From a virus (taxonomy: Duplodnaviria > Caudoviricetes), in IMG/VR virus record IMGVR_UViG_3300017651_000192, positions 1 to 31,458 of that record: a stretch of 31,458 nt of DNA; one strand, written 5' to 3'. The position numbers were made by a program, and so were the translations under genes. This document shows positions 15,920-25,776 of the stretch, in pieces (position 1 is the first letter of the stretch; the number at the start of each line of letters is the position of its first letter). The notes under the pieces were generated by a model. It worked only from the letters and a program-made list of their open reading frames with translations. It was not told the DNA's origin and did no database searches.

Positions 15920-16050
15920 CCGAGCGTGAGTTTCTCGACAAGCTGACACGCCTGATTACGGCGCAGATTCGATTGTTCGAGCAGATGACGAACCGACCGT
16001 TCGGTTTCGTCGTCCACATCACCCGCAAGGGTGACGGCCACGGGGCATAG
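15916..16050 (+). CDS. 44-aa hypothetical protein (below ORF-track cutoff)
   Basis: ATGA overlap; MTEREFLDKLTRLITAQIRLFEQMTNRPFGFVVHITRKGDGHGA. Confidence 0.5.
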   Translation: MTEREFLDKLTRLITAQIRLFEQMTNRPFGFVVHITRKGDGHGA

Positions 16051-16147
16051 GGCGCCCCTACGCTGCGCAGACTCCACCCAGAACGAGCCACGCCGATTCG
16101 CTCCGGCCACGCTCACAGCAGTTATCCACTGATTGTGAGGTGTCCTC

Positions 16148-17158
16148 ATGGCAGAGCGATCTACCATCAGCCAGGGTATCCAGATTGGCGTCGAAACGGT
16201 TGAAGGAACCGCAGTAGCCGCCAACAAAAAGCTTTCCAGCCTGTCGATCGTCCCCAGCCCCAACATGGAGTTCTCCTCGTTCTCCCCAGCGGGCAACAAG
16301 TTCGACACGCTCTCAATCCTGAATCGCGAGTGGTCGAACATCAGCCTCGATGGCTACCCGACGTACACGGAACTGGTCTACGCGCTGTCCATGCTGATGG
16401 GCGCGGCGACGATCACGACGCCGGTCGGCGCGACCAACGCCCGGCAGTGGGAGTTCACGATCAACGCCACGTCGGACGATCCGCCAAAATCCGTGACCAT
16501 CGAACGCGGCGATAGCAACCTCGCGGAGAAGGTGGCCGGCGCGGTGCTGAACGCGCTCACCATCGGATTCTCGCGGACCAGTGATCCGTCACTTTCGGGC
16601 GATGGTTTCGCGCGGCAGTACCAGACCGGCGCGACACTGACGGCATCCCCAACGACGATTCCGCTCGTGCCAGTCCTGCCAAAGGACGTGTGCGTCTACG
16701 TCGATGCGCCGGGCAGCGATCCCGAGGCCGCGCTGGGTACGACGAAACTCACGCGCTGCAACAACTACTCGTTCGCCGTTGGCAGTCGGTTCTCCAATTT
16801 CTGGGCACTGGATTGTGCGCAGGACTCCTACGTCGCGACGCTGGAAACGAAGCCCTCGGCCACTATCGAGCTGGGCGTGATGGCTGATTCCACCGGCATG
16901 GCGTTCCTGGCGAACGCACGCGCGGGCGATACCCGGATGGTGCGCATTGAGGCGGATTCGGGCGTTGAAATTGATACCGGCGTGGCGACCAGCACCTACC
17001 GCCTGACCATTGACGCGGCGATCAAGTTCTCCAGTATCGGCGACATGAGCGATCAGGACGGCGCAATGGTCATCCCCTACACCGGCACGATTGTTTACGA
17101 CGGCACGTGGGGCAAGGCACTGCGTGTGCAGATCGTGAACGAACTGACGGCGCTCTAG
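16148..17158 (+). CDS. major tail (tube) protein
   Basis: GAGGTG SD; QIGVETVEGT, SVTIERG, C-terminal IVNELTAL; precedes the chaperone and tape measure. Confidence 0.85.
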   Translation: MAERSTISQGIQIGVETVEGTAVAANKKLSSLSIVPSPNMEFSSFSPAGNKFDTLSILNREWSNISLDGYPTYTELVYALSMLMGAATITTPVGATNARQWEFTINATSDDPPKSVTIERGDSNLAEKVAGAVLNALTIGFSRTSDPSLSGDGFARQYQTGATLTASPTTIPLVPVLPKDVCVYVDAPGSDPEAALGTTKLTRCNNYSFAVGSRFSNFWALDCAQDSYVATLETKPSATIELGVMADSTGMAFLANARAGDTRMVRIEADSGVEIDTGVATSTYRLTIDAAIKFSSIGDMSDQDGAMVIPYTGTIVYDGTWGKALRVQIVNELTAL

Positions 17159-17169
17159 ATCGCGTGTTC

Positions 17170-17195
17170 ACCGGCGGCTGACTGTGGTCGCCGGT
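17170..17195 (+). terminator. hairpin after tail tube gene
   Basis: ACCGGCGGCT-N6-GGTCGCCGGT (two G-U pairs); weak U-tract. Confidence 0.45.
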
Positions 17196-17224
17196 TCTCC
17201 CCATACCCGAGAGGACAGAACGCA

Positions 17225-17557
17225 ATGGCAATGAAGCTCAAGGACCGCCGAAAGGTCACGAAAACCGTGACAGTCGAATACGAGGGCGAGACGGTCGATG
17301 TCACGTACTGGCCCGCCAAGATCACGAATCAGACCAACACGGACGCACGCGATGCCGACGCCAGCGCGTTCAACGCGGAGTGGATCAGTCGCGTCGTTGC
17401 CAAGTGGGACGTAATCGACGAGGACGGCGGCGAATTCCCGCCAACGGTTGAGAACGCGCGGCAGTTGGAATCCCTGTTCCTCGTTGCGGTCATCACGGCG
17501 ATCTATGGAGACATGCGCCCAAACGCGACGAGCGGCAGCGGCTCGTTTGGTGGCTGA
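17225..17557 (+). CDS. tail assembly chaperone (G)
   Basis: GAGGA SD; VAKWDVIDEDG..P; located between tail tube and tape measure genes. Confidence 0.8.
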   Translation: MAMKLKDRRKVTKTVTVEYEGETVDVTYWPAKITNQTNTDARDADASAFNAEWISRVVAKWDVIDEDGGEFPPTVENARQLESLFLVAVITAIYGDMRPNATSGSGSFGG

Positions 17558-17763
17558 AACACGGCGACCGAGCCGCCGAGCCGCCACCGTCGTGGGCCTC
17601 GGTACTGGTACTGGCAGAGAAATGGGGGACACCCCCGTGGAATGTTGCAGACCCGGACGATATGACAACCCGCTGGGAATGGCGCGCACGCGCTATCGAG
17701 CTGGAATCAGCACGCGCCGAAGTCCGCGAGCAACAACGGCTCAAGGATCGTTTGCGCGGCTAA
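17518..17763 (+). CDS. tail assembly chaperone -1 frameshift extension (GT)
   Basis: In-frame slippery heptamer C CCA AAC at 17518-17524. The -1 frame is open to TAA 17761-17763 (KRDERQRLVWWL...LAEKWGTPPW...RLRG). Confidence 0.8.
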   Translation, partial: PKRDERQRLVWWLKHGDRAAEPPPSWASVLVLAEKWGTPPWNVADPDDMTTRWEWRARAIELESARAEVREQQRLKDRLRG

Positions 17764-17967
17764 TCAACGGTTGTGGCGTATCGCCGTACCAACGGCAATG
17801 TAGATCACCCCGCCTACCAGCCACGCCAGCATCAGGACGAGTCGAAACCCGGACAGCCAGCCGGGCATCTCGGCATCACCCGTTATCAGGCCATGCAGAA
17901 ACGGCGGGGCGACGATCAGCAGGAGCAGACCGGCGGCGACGATGGCGAGTTGCCTCATGAATGACAT
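17764..17967 (-). CDS. two-TM membrane protein (moron-like)
   Basis: AGGAGG SD on the minus strand (17981-17976); two hydrophobic helices. Confidence 0.8.
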   Translation of the reverse strand: MSFMRQLAIVAAGLLLLIVAPPFLHGLITGDAEMPGWLSGFRLVLMLAWLVGGVIYIAVGTAIRHNR

Positions 17968-18028
17968 GACAGATTCCTCCTATTCGCTGACATCGTATCC
18001 GACGCCGGGACGATTGGAATAGTTTCCA

Positions 18029-21000
18029 ATGGCTATTCGCGCTGCCAGTCTCATAGTCGACGTTGACGCCGATGTCAAAGCGGCGCAGTCAAAGATTCAG
18101 GGCGTTGACAAGGATCTCAAAAACCTTGCCAAATCCGACCATGAGCTGAAAGTCGACGCCGACACGGCACAGGCTGAACGGTCTGTGCAGGAACTCGACA
18201 AAATGATCGTCCGCATTGCCGGACAGAATGTCGAGGTATCCGTCGATGCCGACCTGAATCCTGCGCTGGCAGAACTGGCGAGAGCCGAACAGCAGGCCAA
18301 AGAGCTCGACAACCTGAACCCGAGTATCGAGGTTGATGCCGATACACAGGAAGCCGAAGCCGGACTACGGCGTCTCAGTACCGAGATGCGCGATCTCGAC
18401 GGGTTACAGGGCAAGGTCGCGCAATCGGCAGGCGGATTCGCCGCGGGTCTGGGTGGCATTGCGAAAACCGCGCTCGGTGTCGCAGGCGGTATCGGACTCG
18501 CGACCGCTGGGTCGCGGCTGCTGGGCGATGCGTTCGGGTTCGTCACCGATTCGATGTTCGGCACCAACATCGCGATGGAGAACGTCGAAGCGCGGCTGAT
18601 GGCGTTCACGAAGGACGGTGCGGAGACGCAGCGGATTCTCGCTGAAATCCGCACTGAAGCCGCCGAAACGCCGTTCGCGTTCAACGAGATGGCCGATGCG
18701 GTCGCGTCACTCCTGCCCCCCGCCAAACAGGCCAATCTCGATCTCATGGATCTGGTCGAGACTGCCGAAATCCTCGCTGCATCGAATCCACTGGAAGGGC
18801 TGGAAGGCGCAGCGTTCGCCCTGCGGGAGGCGCTGTCTGGCGATTTCCAGTCACTGATTGAGCGGTTCAACATCCCCCGTACCGAGATTAACCGGCTCAA
18901 AGAGGAGGGTCTGCCAAATATCGAGATCGTTCGGCAGGCGATGCAGTCACTCGGGCTGGACATCACACTGGTCGGCAATCTGGCGCAGACGACCAGCGGC
19001 AAATGGTCAACGTTCCAGGACAACATCCGCAACGCGCTCGCGGCTATTGGCGAGCCGTTCATGGATAAGATCAACTCCGGGCTGACCGATCTGGTCGCGT
19101 TCACCGAAACCGAGCAGTTCACCGCCATGATGGAGCGGTGGGCCGACAAGGCGGTGACAGTCGCGGACAAGGTCGGTGACATCGGTGCCGCAATGGCAGA
19201 CATGCCGAATCAGGACTGGTTCAAGGCGTTCCAGTCTATGGCAAGCGGCAACGATGTTGATGCCGGTGCCTGGGGCGAGTTCGCCGGGTTCATGAACGAT
19301 GTCGCTGATGCGTTCAACTGGGTTGGCACATCTGGCGCACGAGCGCATAACGCAATCGCTGGCATCGGCGATGACGCCAGCGGCGCGGCTGGTGGCGCAT
19401 GGGAACTGAGCGACGCGCAGAAAGCCGTACAGGAAGCGACGAAGGGCGTCGAGGATGCGGTCACGCGCTCTGGCGGTGCCAAACAACGCGACCATCAGGC
19501 GACGCAGGCGCTGGCCGAGGCGAACGCTTATCTCGGGAACACGTACCGTGACGCCGCTGGATGGGTCGCGTCGTATTACGCTGGCGTCGGCTACGGTAAC
19601 GATGTTCTGCTCTACCAGACCGACATTGCAATCCAGCTCAACAACGCGCTCAGCACACTCTCAACGACGCAGGGCAACCTCAATGACGTCATGGGTGTGT
19701 TCGCATCGCAGGGCAGCGAGTACCAGTCTACTCAGCAATCCCTGACCGACGCATACGACATTCTGCAACGCAAACAGTCCGAGGGCATCGCGCTCTCTGA
19801 GTCCGAACAATTGCTACTGGATCGCTACCCCGATCTGTACGGACGGCTCCAGGGTGCGCAGGAAGACGCCGCTGTGCAGGAAGGGCTCGTTGCCGCAGCC
19901 AAAACCGAGGTCATGCTGGCACAGGACGAGCTCAACGCGGCGATTGCACGCGGCGAGAAGGATTTGGGGCCGTACAACGAACGGCTGTCCAACGCCACGG
20001 CGCTGCTGTCCGACGTTGACCCGCAGTCCGGCGCACAACTGGCAATCGAGAACCTGACGACGGCGATCAACCAGAACCTCGTCACGGCGATCAACGACCT
20101 GATTACCAAAATGGGCGAGCTGGACGGCACGACGGCAAATCCGAAGGTCACGCTGGACACCACGGCGTTTGACCTGGGTGTCGGGCAGTCCAAACAGGGC
20201 CTGACCGAATTCGACCAGGCGCAGGCCGAGCCGACCGCTGATCTGGACAACGACCCGTTCAACTCCAAAATCGAGGACGCACGGATTCAGCTCAATGATT
20301 TCGACGGACGCCGCGCAACCGCGACCATCGAGGCGCATTTCGTCTCGACCGGCGACCCGCTGGCCATGCAGGCCTACGGCTACCACTCGGGTGGCACCGT
20401 CGTTGGCATCACGCAGGCCGAGGGCGGCTTCCACGACAAACCGACGGTTGCGCTGATCGGCGAGGACGGGCCGGAACTCGTGCTGCCGCTGTCGAAACCA
20501 GCACGCATGCACCAGTTACTATCGCAGGCTGGCATCGTCCCGATGGCCGAGGGTGGCATCGTCGGGAGGCGACTTGCCGGCAACACGGGTGGTGTCGCGG
20601 CTGGGCAGCCGGTTGACACCGTTTCGATCAGTGGTGACGGTGGATCACTCTACAAGGACTTTCTGGATCGCCTGATCGCAGACCTTGACGCCGCGTCTCA
20701 GCGATTTGACGATGACGACATTGCCAGGCTGAAGGACTACGCATCAGCCGCACGCGAAGGCGTGCATCTGATTGACGACACGTTGAATCTCCTAACTGCG
20801 CTATCTGAGACAACAGTGTCGTACACGCCGCAGATCGAAAGTGGCGTTAGCCAACTGAAGTTCATGTCTGAGCATGTCACCGAATCGGTCGGTGATAGCG
20901 CCGCGATGTTCGATAAGGATTTCATCGAACACGCCAAGCTCTATGCCAGTGCGGGGTCAGAGGCCGTTGGGCTAATCGGCGATACCCTCAGCCTGTACAA

Positions 21001-22192
21001 CGATTTCGGCGAGACGGTCGTCGATTACAGCCCAACAGTTGCCGCCAACATTTCCGCGTTGAAATTCATGGCAGAGCACGCAGTACGCAGTATTGCCGAC
21101 AGTGCTGCGATGTTCGATGAGAACGGCCTTGCGGCTGCCAAACTCTTTGCCGACACGGCAGCGCCGATTGTCAATCTGCTCAAGAACGGCGTAGACGGGT
21201 TCAACGCTCTTGGCGATTTTGTTGCTCCAGCCGAAGAGAACGTGAACTGGTTCCTCAATTGGCTTCTCTACATCGTCGATGAACTAGAGGGCAATAGCAC
21301 ATCGCGATTCAGTGAAGAGGGGCTGGCCGCAGCATCGCGATTTGCCAAGACCGCTGGCGATATTGTCAGCATCCTGCGCAATGGCGTTGATGGGTTCCGT
21401 GCGCTACGAGATTTCCGCGCTCCTGCCGAAGAGGATGTGAACCAGTTCATCAACTGGACGGACTACTTCGTTGACGAACTGGTCGGCACCGTAACAGCCA
21501 AGTACGAGAAGGAAGGGCTAGAACAGGCCAGCCGATTCTCGAAGGCCGCGGGGGATGTTCTGGGCCTGATTGGCGCTGCATCCAACATGTCCGAGCTTCA
21601 GCGGTTCATTGCCCCGAACCAAAAGGCGCTGGATGCCTATTTCGGGTTCCTGGATGACACAACAGATCGAATCGTCACTGAGGCGGCCAAGTTTGAGAAG
21701 GAGGGCTTGGACGGCGCTCAGCACTTCACCGAAACAGCAGGGGACGTACTCGCACTACTCATTCAAAGCTCCGATTTCAGCGGACTCAAGCGCTACCGCG
21801 GCGGACTGCTGGATGGGATTGACGACTATCTGGGCGATGTCAAGACCGCAGTCCAGATGATCGCAGAGATGGGCGACGAACTCGGCGACGGTCTCATTGA
21901 TGCCGAGGCCGTGGCAATGAAGATCAACACCATCGTTGATCTACTCACCAGCGGCCGCGACTCAATGTCCATTGCGCAGCGCAACGCTGTCAGCGGCCAG
22001 TACATCCGGAATCCAGGCGGCAGTTCGGGCGGTTCGTCCAGCGGCTTCAACGCAGCGGACGTACGCAATGGCACCGTGCGGATCGGCAACACGATCAACC
22101 TGACGATGACCGACGGCTCAGTCGTGGGCCAGTGGTACGCGGACCAGCAATACCGCGACGAACAACTCGCGCCAGTCGGAATAGGGGGCTAG
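18029..22192 (+). CDS. tape measure protein
   Basis: 1387 aa, Ala-rich helical; AAETPFAF tape-measure domain, SGKWSTFQDN, AEGG...LIGEDGPELVLPL. Confidence 0.93.
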   Translation: MAIRAASLIVDVDADVKAAQSKIQGVDKDLKNLAKSDHELKVDADTAQAERSVQELDKMIVRIAGQNVEVSVDADLNPALAELARAEQQAKELDNLNPSIEVDADTQEAEAGLRRLSTEMRDLDGLQGKVAQSAGGFAAGLGGIAKTALGVAGGIGLATAGSRLLGDAFGFVTDSMFGTNIAMENVEARLMAFTKDGAETQRILAEIRTEAAETPFAFNEMADAVASLLPPAKQANLDLMDLVETAEILAASNPLEGLEGAAFALREALSGDFQSLIERFNIPRTEINRLKEEGLPNIEIVRQAMQSLGLDITLVGNLAQTTSGKWSTFQDNIRNALAAIGEPFMDKINSGLTDLVAFTETEQFTAMMERWADKAVTVADKVGDIGAAMADMPNQDWFKAFQSMASGNDVDAGAWGEFAGFMNDVADAFNWVGTSGARAHNAIAGIGDDASGAAGGAWELSDAQKAVQEATKGVEDAVTRSGGAKQRDHQATQALAEANAYLGNTYRDAAGWVASYYAGVGYGNDVLLYQTDIAIQLNNALSTLSTTQGNLNDVMGVFASQGSEYQSTQQSLTDAYDILQRKQSEGIALSESEQLLLDRYPDLYGRLQGAQEDAAVQEGLVAAAKTEVMLAQDELNAAIARGEKDLGPYNERLSNATALLSDVDPQSGAQLAIENLTTAINQNLVTAINDLITKMGELDGTTANPKVTLDTTAFDLGVGQSKQGLTEFDQAQAEPTADLDNDPFNSKIEDARIQLNDFDGRRATATIEAHFVSTGDPLAMQAYGYHSGGTVVGITQAEGGFHDKPTVALIGEDGPELVLPLSKPARMHQLLSQAGIVPMAEGGIVGRRLAGNTGGVAAGQPVDTVSISGDGGSLYKDFLDRLIADLDAASQRFDDDDIARLKDYASAAREGVHLIDDTLNLLTALSETTVSYTPQIESGVSQLKFMSEHVTESVGDSAAMFDKDFIEHAKLYASAGSEAVGLIGDTLSLYNDFGETVVDYSPTVAANISALKFMAEHAVRSIADSAAMFDENGLAAAKLFADTAAPIVNLLKNGVDGFNALGDFVAPAEENVNWFLNWLLYIVDELEGNSTSRFSEEGLAAASRFAKTAGDIVSILRNGVDGFRALRDFRAPAEEDVNQFINWTDYFVDELVGTVTAKYEKEGLEQASRFSKAAGDVLGLIGAASNMSELQRFIAPNQKALDAYFGFLDDTTDRIVTEAAKFEKEGLDGAQHFTETAGDVLALLIQSSDFSGLKRYRGGLLDGIDDYLGDVKTAVQMIAEMGDELGDGLIDAEAVAMKINTIVDLLTSGRDSMSIAQRNAVSGQYIRNPGGSSGGSSSGFNAADVRNGTVRIGNTINLTMTDGSVVGQWYADQQYRDEQLAPVGIGG

Positions 22193-22194
22193 GC

Positions 22195-25100
22195 ATGAGC
22201 TTTGATGTCCGACTCGGGACGCCAACGGACTATCTCGATCTGACCGATATCGTGCGCCACGCGGTCGGCACGATCAACAACGCTGCCGACTGGCTCGACA
22301 TGCCCGAGGCTCCCGACGGTGCCACGCAGCGCACGATTGCGTTTACCACGCTGGTAAGTGGTGCTACACCGGACGCGATGCTGGCGAACGTCTCAGCAAT
22401 CCAGCAGATGCTGAACCGTGCAGTCGAGGCGAATCGCAGCCGCAAACCGGCCAGTGAACGCGTGTCGTTGCAGTTCCGGCTCAACACCACCGGCTGGACA
22501 TATGCCGATGTTCTGGGCGGTCGCATCAATCCGCATACACGGCTGCCTGACGGGCGACACGTTCTCGCGACCGTGACACTGGCCTGCCAGCCTGCGTTCC
22601 GAACCGACGCCGTACAGGCGCAGAACCTGTTGTCGGCTGCCTGCGACCCGGAGCGATCCGTCTGGACGCTGACCAACGTCACGGCCACGAGCAACAACGC
22701 CACTGCGCCGGACGGCTCCGAGACGGCCGCGACACTGCGCGAGACAGCAGACAGCGGGACGCACGAAATCCGGCAGGAGATCACGAAGGACACGGCCAGC
22801 GAAACCTACACGCTGTCCGCCTACGTGAAGGCCGATGGCCGCGATGCCGTGTCGTTGTATCTGGCGGACTCGACCGGCACGAACGGGGCCTACGTCATAT
22901 TCGACGTGGCGGCGGGATATCAGCTGTATCCAGCGGATGTGAACGGCACGGGCTTCAGCGCGGCGGACGGCTCGATTGAGCCGGTCGGTGATGGCTGGTA
23001 TCGCTGCATCCTGACGGCCACGAGCAACGCCGACGCGGCGCTCCGGGCCTATGTGCAACTCCACAACGGCAGCGGCACATCCTACGCAGGCAATGCCAGC
23101 CTCGGGCTGCTGGTCTGGGGCATCCAGGTCGAGGAATCGGACAGCGCGGGCCTGTTGCTGGTGCCCGAGATGCTGCCCGATACCGTGACGGCAGAGCGGA
23201 TCATCCCAGGCGACGTTGTCCCGAGTTCGGACGAGATGCTCGCAATTGATCCAGACAACCTGATCGCCAGCGCCACGTCCCCGACCATCTGGGACACGTT
23301 CCAGGCAAACACGTCGACAACAACACGGCCAGCCAGTGCGACAACGGGTCAGGCCATATTCGCGCGGGAGACGACGACCGCATCCGCGCACTACGTCTAC
23401 ATCAAAAACACGATTTCGCCCGCGACCGCAACCGTGTCAGCAGGGGTCAACACGCTCGGGATCTACATCGCATCGAGTATCGACTATCCGACTCCCGCCT
23501 GCCGTCTGCTGTTCAGCGGCAATGACCAGACCGAGGGTTACTACGTCACGATCGATTTTGCCGCAGGCACGGTATCAGCGCCAACGTTGCGCGGTGGAAC
23601 CGGCTATAGCGGCGCATCCTCGGAGATTATCGCGCTGGCCGATGGCTGGTTCTGGGTGCGCATTACCCAGACGATGCCCGCGACGACCAAAGCGGGTTGT
23701 TACATCACGATGCGCGACTCCAACGCGGGATCGTCCTACACGGGCACCGGGGCTGCTGTCAAATTCTACGCGCCGCAGATCGTCGCTGGCGCAACCATCG
23801 ACAAGCCGGCTCCGGCAGTTGTGGGCTACGAGGAAGAATCGACGGTCATCCCCGCCGAAACCATCGCGACCGGCAAACAGGGCGGGGCCTACATCTGGCC
23901 GGTGCCGGGCGACGCCGATGCGCTGTATCGCGTGGAAATGGTCGACGCATCAACGACGACGGCGGTCAATCGTGTTCACATCGGGGCATGGCAGGGGCGG
24001 CTCAACGAGGGCCAGCCGTTCACGCTGCTCAATGCCGTCGAGGGTTCGTCGGTGTCGACCGGCGGTCTAACGCAGGTCGGAACATGGGTTCCGGGCGTTT
24101 CGACCGATGACACATGGCGCACCATCGGAGCTATCGACAGCACCTGCAATCTGCCGGACGGTCGCTATGATGTGATCGCCCGCGTCCGTGATACCGCGCA
24201 GAACATCGGGTCACCGAGGATTCGTCCGCTGTCCGTCACAGGGGCGATCTACGCTCGACAGGTTGCGCGCGAGAGCCACAAGCTCGATCCCGACCATCGC
24301 AGCCTGACGTTGCCAATATCCGAGCCAACGCGGCAGGGCTCGACCCTCGTGCTGATGGCGCAGGCTATCGGAAAACCTGGCGCATATGGCACCCCACAGA
24401 TGACTGCCTCGGTGACCAACGGGGGCGGCCTGACGTGGACGAGCCTGTTTCCGTCCGGGCCGGCCGAAACGCTCGGCAAAGCGCAGGCGTGGTACGTCAC
24501 CAACGCCGCGCCGGTCGGCACCGAGGTCACGGTGAAATGGAGCCGTGAAATCAGCGCCATGACCGTCACGGCATCGCTGGTCGAGATCGTGGGAGCAGCG
24601 CCGTCATCGCTCGACGCGACCGATACGGACTACAAGGACAGTCGCACATCGGCCAGCCTGGTATCTGGCGTCGCCGAGGCCACGCCATCGGTGGCCGGTG
24701 GGCTGGCGCTGTCGTTCGGCGGCGGGTGGAACGACTGGGCGAACCCGTTTACGAACCCGACTATCGACGGCGACCAGTGGTACAGCGTCTCCAGCCTGAC
24801 CAGTGGGTCAATCTACGCGCGACCGATCACCGCGACATTCCCGATTCAGGCGCAGTGGCGCAAAATCCCGGTCATCGGGATGTTCCCCGACCCGATCGAG
24901 GAGGGCTGGTATGTCCTGCTGGCCCTGTTCAAGGCCGCGGCATCGAGCGGTTCCAGCATCGGTACCGGCCAATGGTCAGTGCAGGTCACTGCCATCACGG
25001 CGGGCGGGGTCGAATCGCTGCCCTCGGAACGCATGGTCGCGCAGGTGGTATCCAGCGGCGCGGCCGTGTCGGTCGCGTGGGACCCGCCCGAGAACGGCAC

Positions 25101-25776
25101 ACCGGCGAAATACCGGATCTACCGCAACCGTGGCACCGGCTGGGGTTATTTCGAGACTGCCGACGCCAGCGCCACATCGTACGTGTTCACCACCGAAACC
25201 GGCATCACAGCAGGGTCACCGCCGTCCCAGACATCCACCATCGCGGCCCTGCGGCTGGCTGTCTCGCCTGCGTCGGGGTCGACGATTGCGGTCGGACGCA
25301 CGGCCAGTGTGCGACGCGCCAATGGCATCTGGGAGCCGATTGCGCTGGGCAGCATCACGCTCCCGCCGGTGGCACCGGGCGAGGGCACGATGCCGGACGG
25401 CTGGCAGGTGCATGTGCAGGCCCGCAACGAGGCGAAATGGCCGGTGGAATGCAACGGACTCTGGCTCATTTCGGCGGATGACGGGCAGGTGCAGGCGTGG
25501 CGACCGCGACTCAACGGCACGGTGCCGCGCGGGTGGATCGTCGACACAGCACGCGATGAGCTGACAACGGCTGTCCTGATGGACGGGGCCAGCGACGCCG
25601 GGCAACTGGCACTCGTGCCGGGTGTCCTGACGCTGCGCAGTGGCGGCGGCGCACACATCAGCGTCCGGCCCGACATCGCCGATGGCGTGTCCGATCTGGT
25701 CAACGCCGACCTGCGGATTAGTCGTGTCCTCGTCACGCCGCGCCATCGGTATTTGTCCTCGGGCGGTGGCGCATGA
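22195..25776 (+). CDS. large distal-tail (Dit-like) protein with inserted carbohydrate-binding-like domains
   Basis: First gene after the tape measure. Dit-like N-terminus (RTIAF...VTLACQP) and C-terminus (VTPRH); two related jelly-roll-like modules (GDGWYRC / ADGWFWV) and an FN3-like segment. Confidence 0.7.
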   Translation: MSFDVRLGTPTDYLDLTDIVRHAVGTINNAADWLDMPEAPDGATQRTIAFTTLVSGATPDAMLANVSAIQQMLNRAVEANRSRKPASERVSLQFRLNTTGWTYADVLGGRINPHTRLPDGRHVLATVTLACQPAFRTDAVQAQNLLSAACDPERSVWTLTNVTATSNNATAPDGSETAATLRETADSGTHEIRQEITKDTASETYTLSAYVKADGRDAVSLYLADSTGTNGAYVIFDVAAGYQLYPADVNGTGFSAADGSIEPVGDGWYRCILTATSNADAALRAYVQLHNGSGTSYAGNASLGLLVWGIQVEESDSAGLLLVPEMLPDTVTAERIIPGDVVPSSDEMLAIDPDNLIASATSPTIWDTFQANTSTTTRPASATTGQAIFARETTTASAHYVYIKNTISPATATVSAGVNTLGIYIASSIDYPTPACRLLFSGNDQTEGYYVTIDFAAGTVSAPTLRGGTGYSGASSEIIALADGWFWVRITQTMPATTKAGCYITMRDSNAGSSYTGTGAAVKFYAPQIVAGATIDKPAPAVVGYEEESTVIPAETIATGKQGGAYIWPVPGDADALYRVEMVDASTTTAVNRVHIGAWQGRLNEGQPFTLLNAVEGSSVSTGGLTQVGTWVPGVSTDDTWRTIGAIDSTCNLPDGRYDVIARVRDTAQNIGSPRIRPLSVTGAIYARQVARESHKLDPDHRSLTLPISEPTRQGSTLVLMAQAIGKPGAYGTPQMTASVTNGGGLTWTSLFPSGPAETLGKAQAWYVTNAAPVGTEVTVKWSREISAMTVTASLVEIVGAAPSSLDATDTDYKDSRTSASLVSGVAEATPSVAGGLALSFGGGWNDWANPFTNPTIDGDQWYSVSSLTSGSIYARPITATFPIQAQWRKIPVIGMFPDPIEEGWYVLLALFKAAASSGSSIGTGQWSVQVTAITAGGVESLPSERMVAQVVSSGAAVSVAWDPPENGTPAKYRIYRNRGTGWGYFETADASATSYVFTTETGITAGSPPSQTSTIAALRLAVSPASGSTIAVGRTASVRRANGIWEPIALGSITLPPVAPGEGTMPDGWQVHVQARNEAKWPVECNGLWLISADDGQVQAWRPRLNGTVPRGWIVDTARDELTTAVLMDGASDAGQLALVPGVLTLRSGGGAHISVRPDIADGVSDLVNADLRISRVLVTPRHRYLSSGGGA

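Noticed and set aside
16122-16130. TTATCCACT resembling a DnaA box
   Set aside because: Single 8/9 match with no cluster or AT-rich unwinding region.
17448-17960. 170-aa plus-strand ORF as the chaperone extension
   Set aside because: Wrong frame for the slippery site, low-complexity Arg-rich, and it overlaps the minus-strand membrane gene; the -1 frame fits better.
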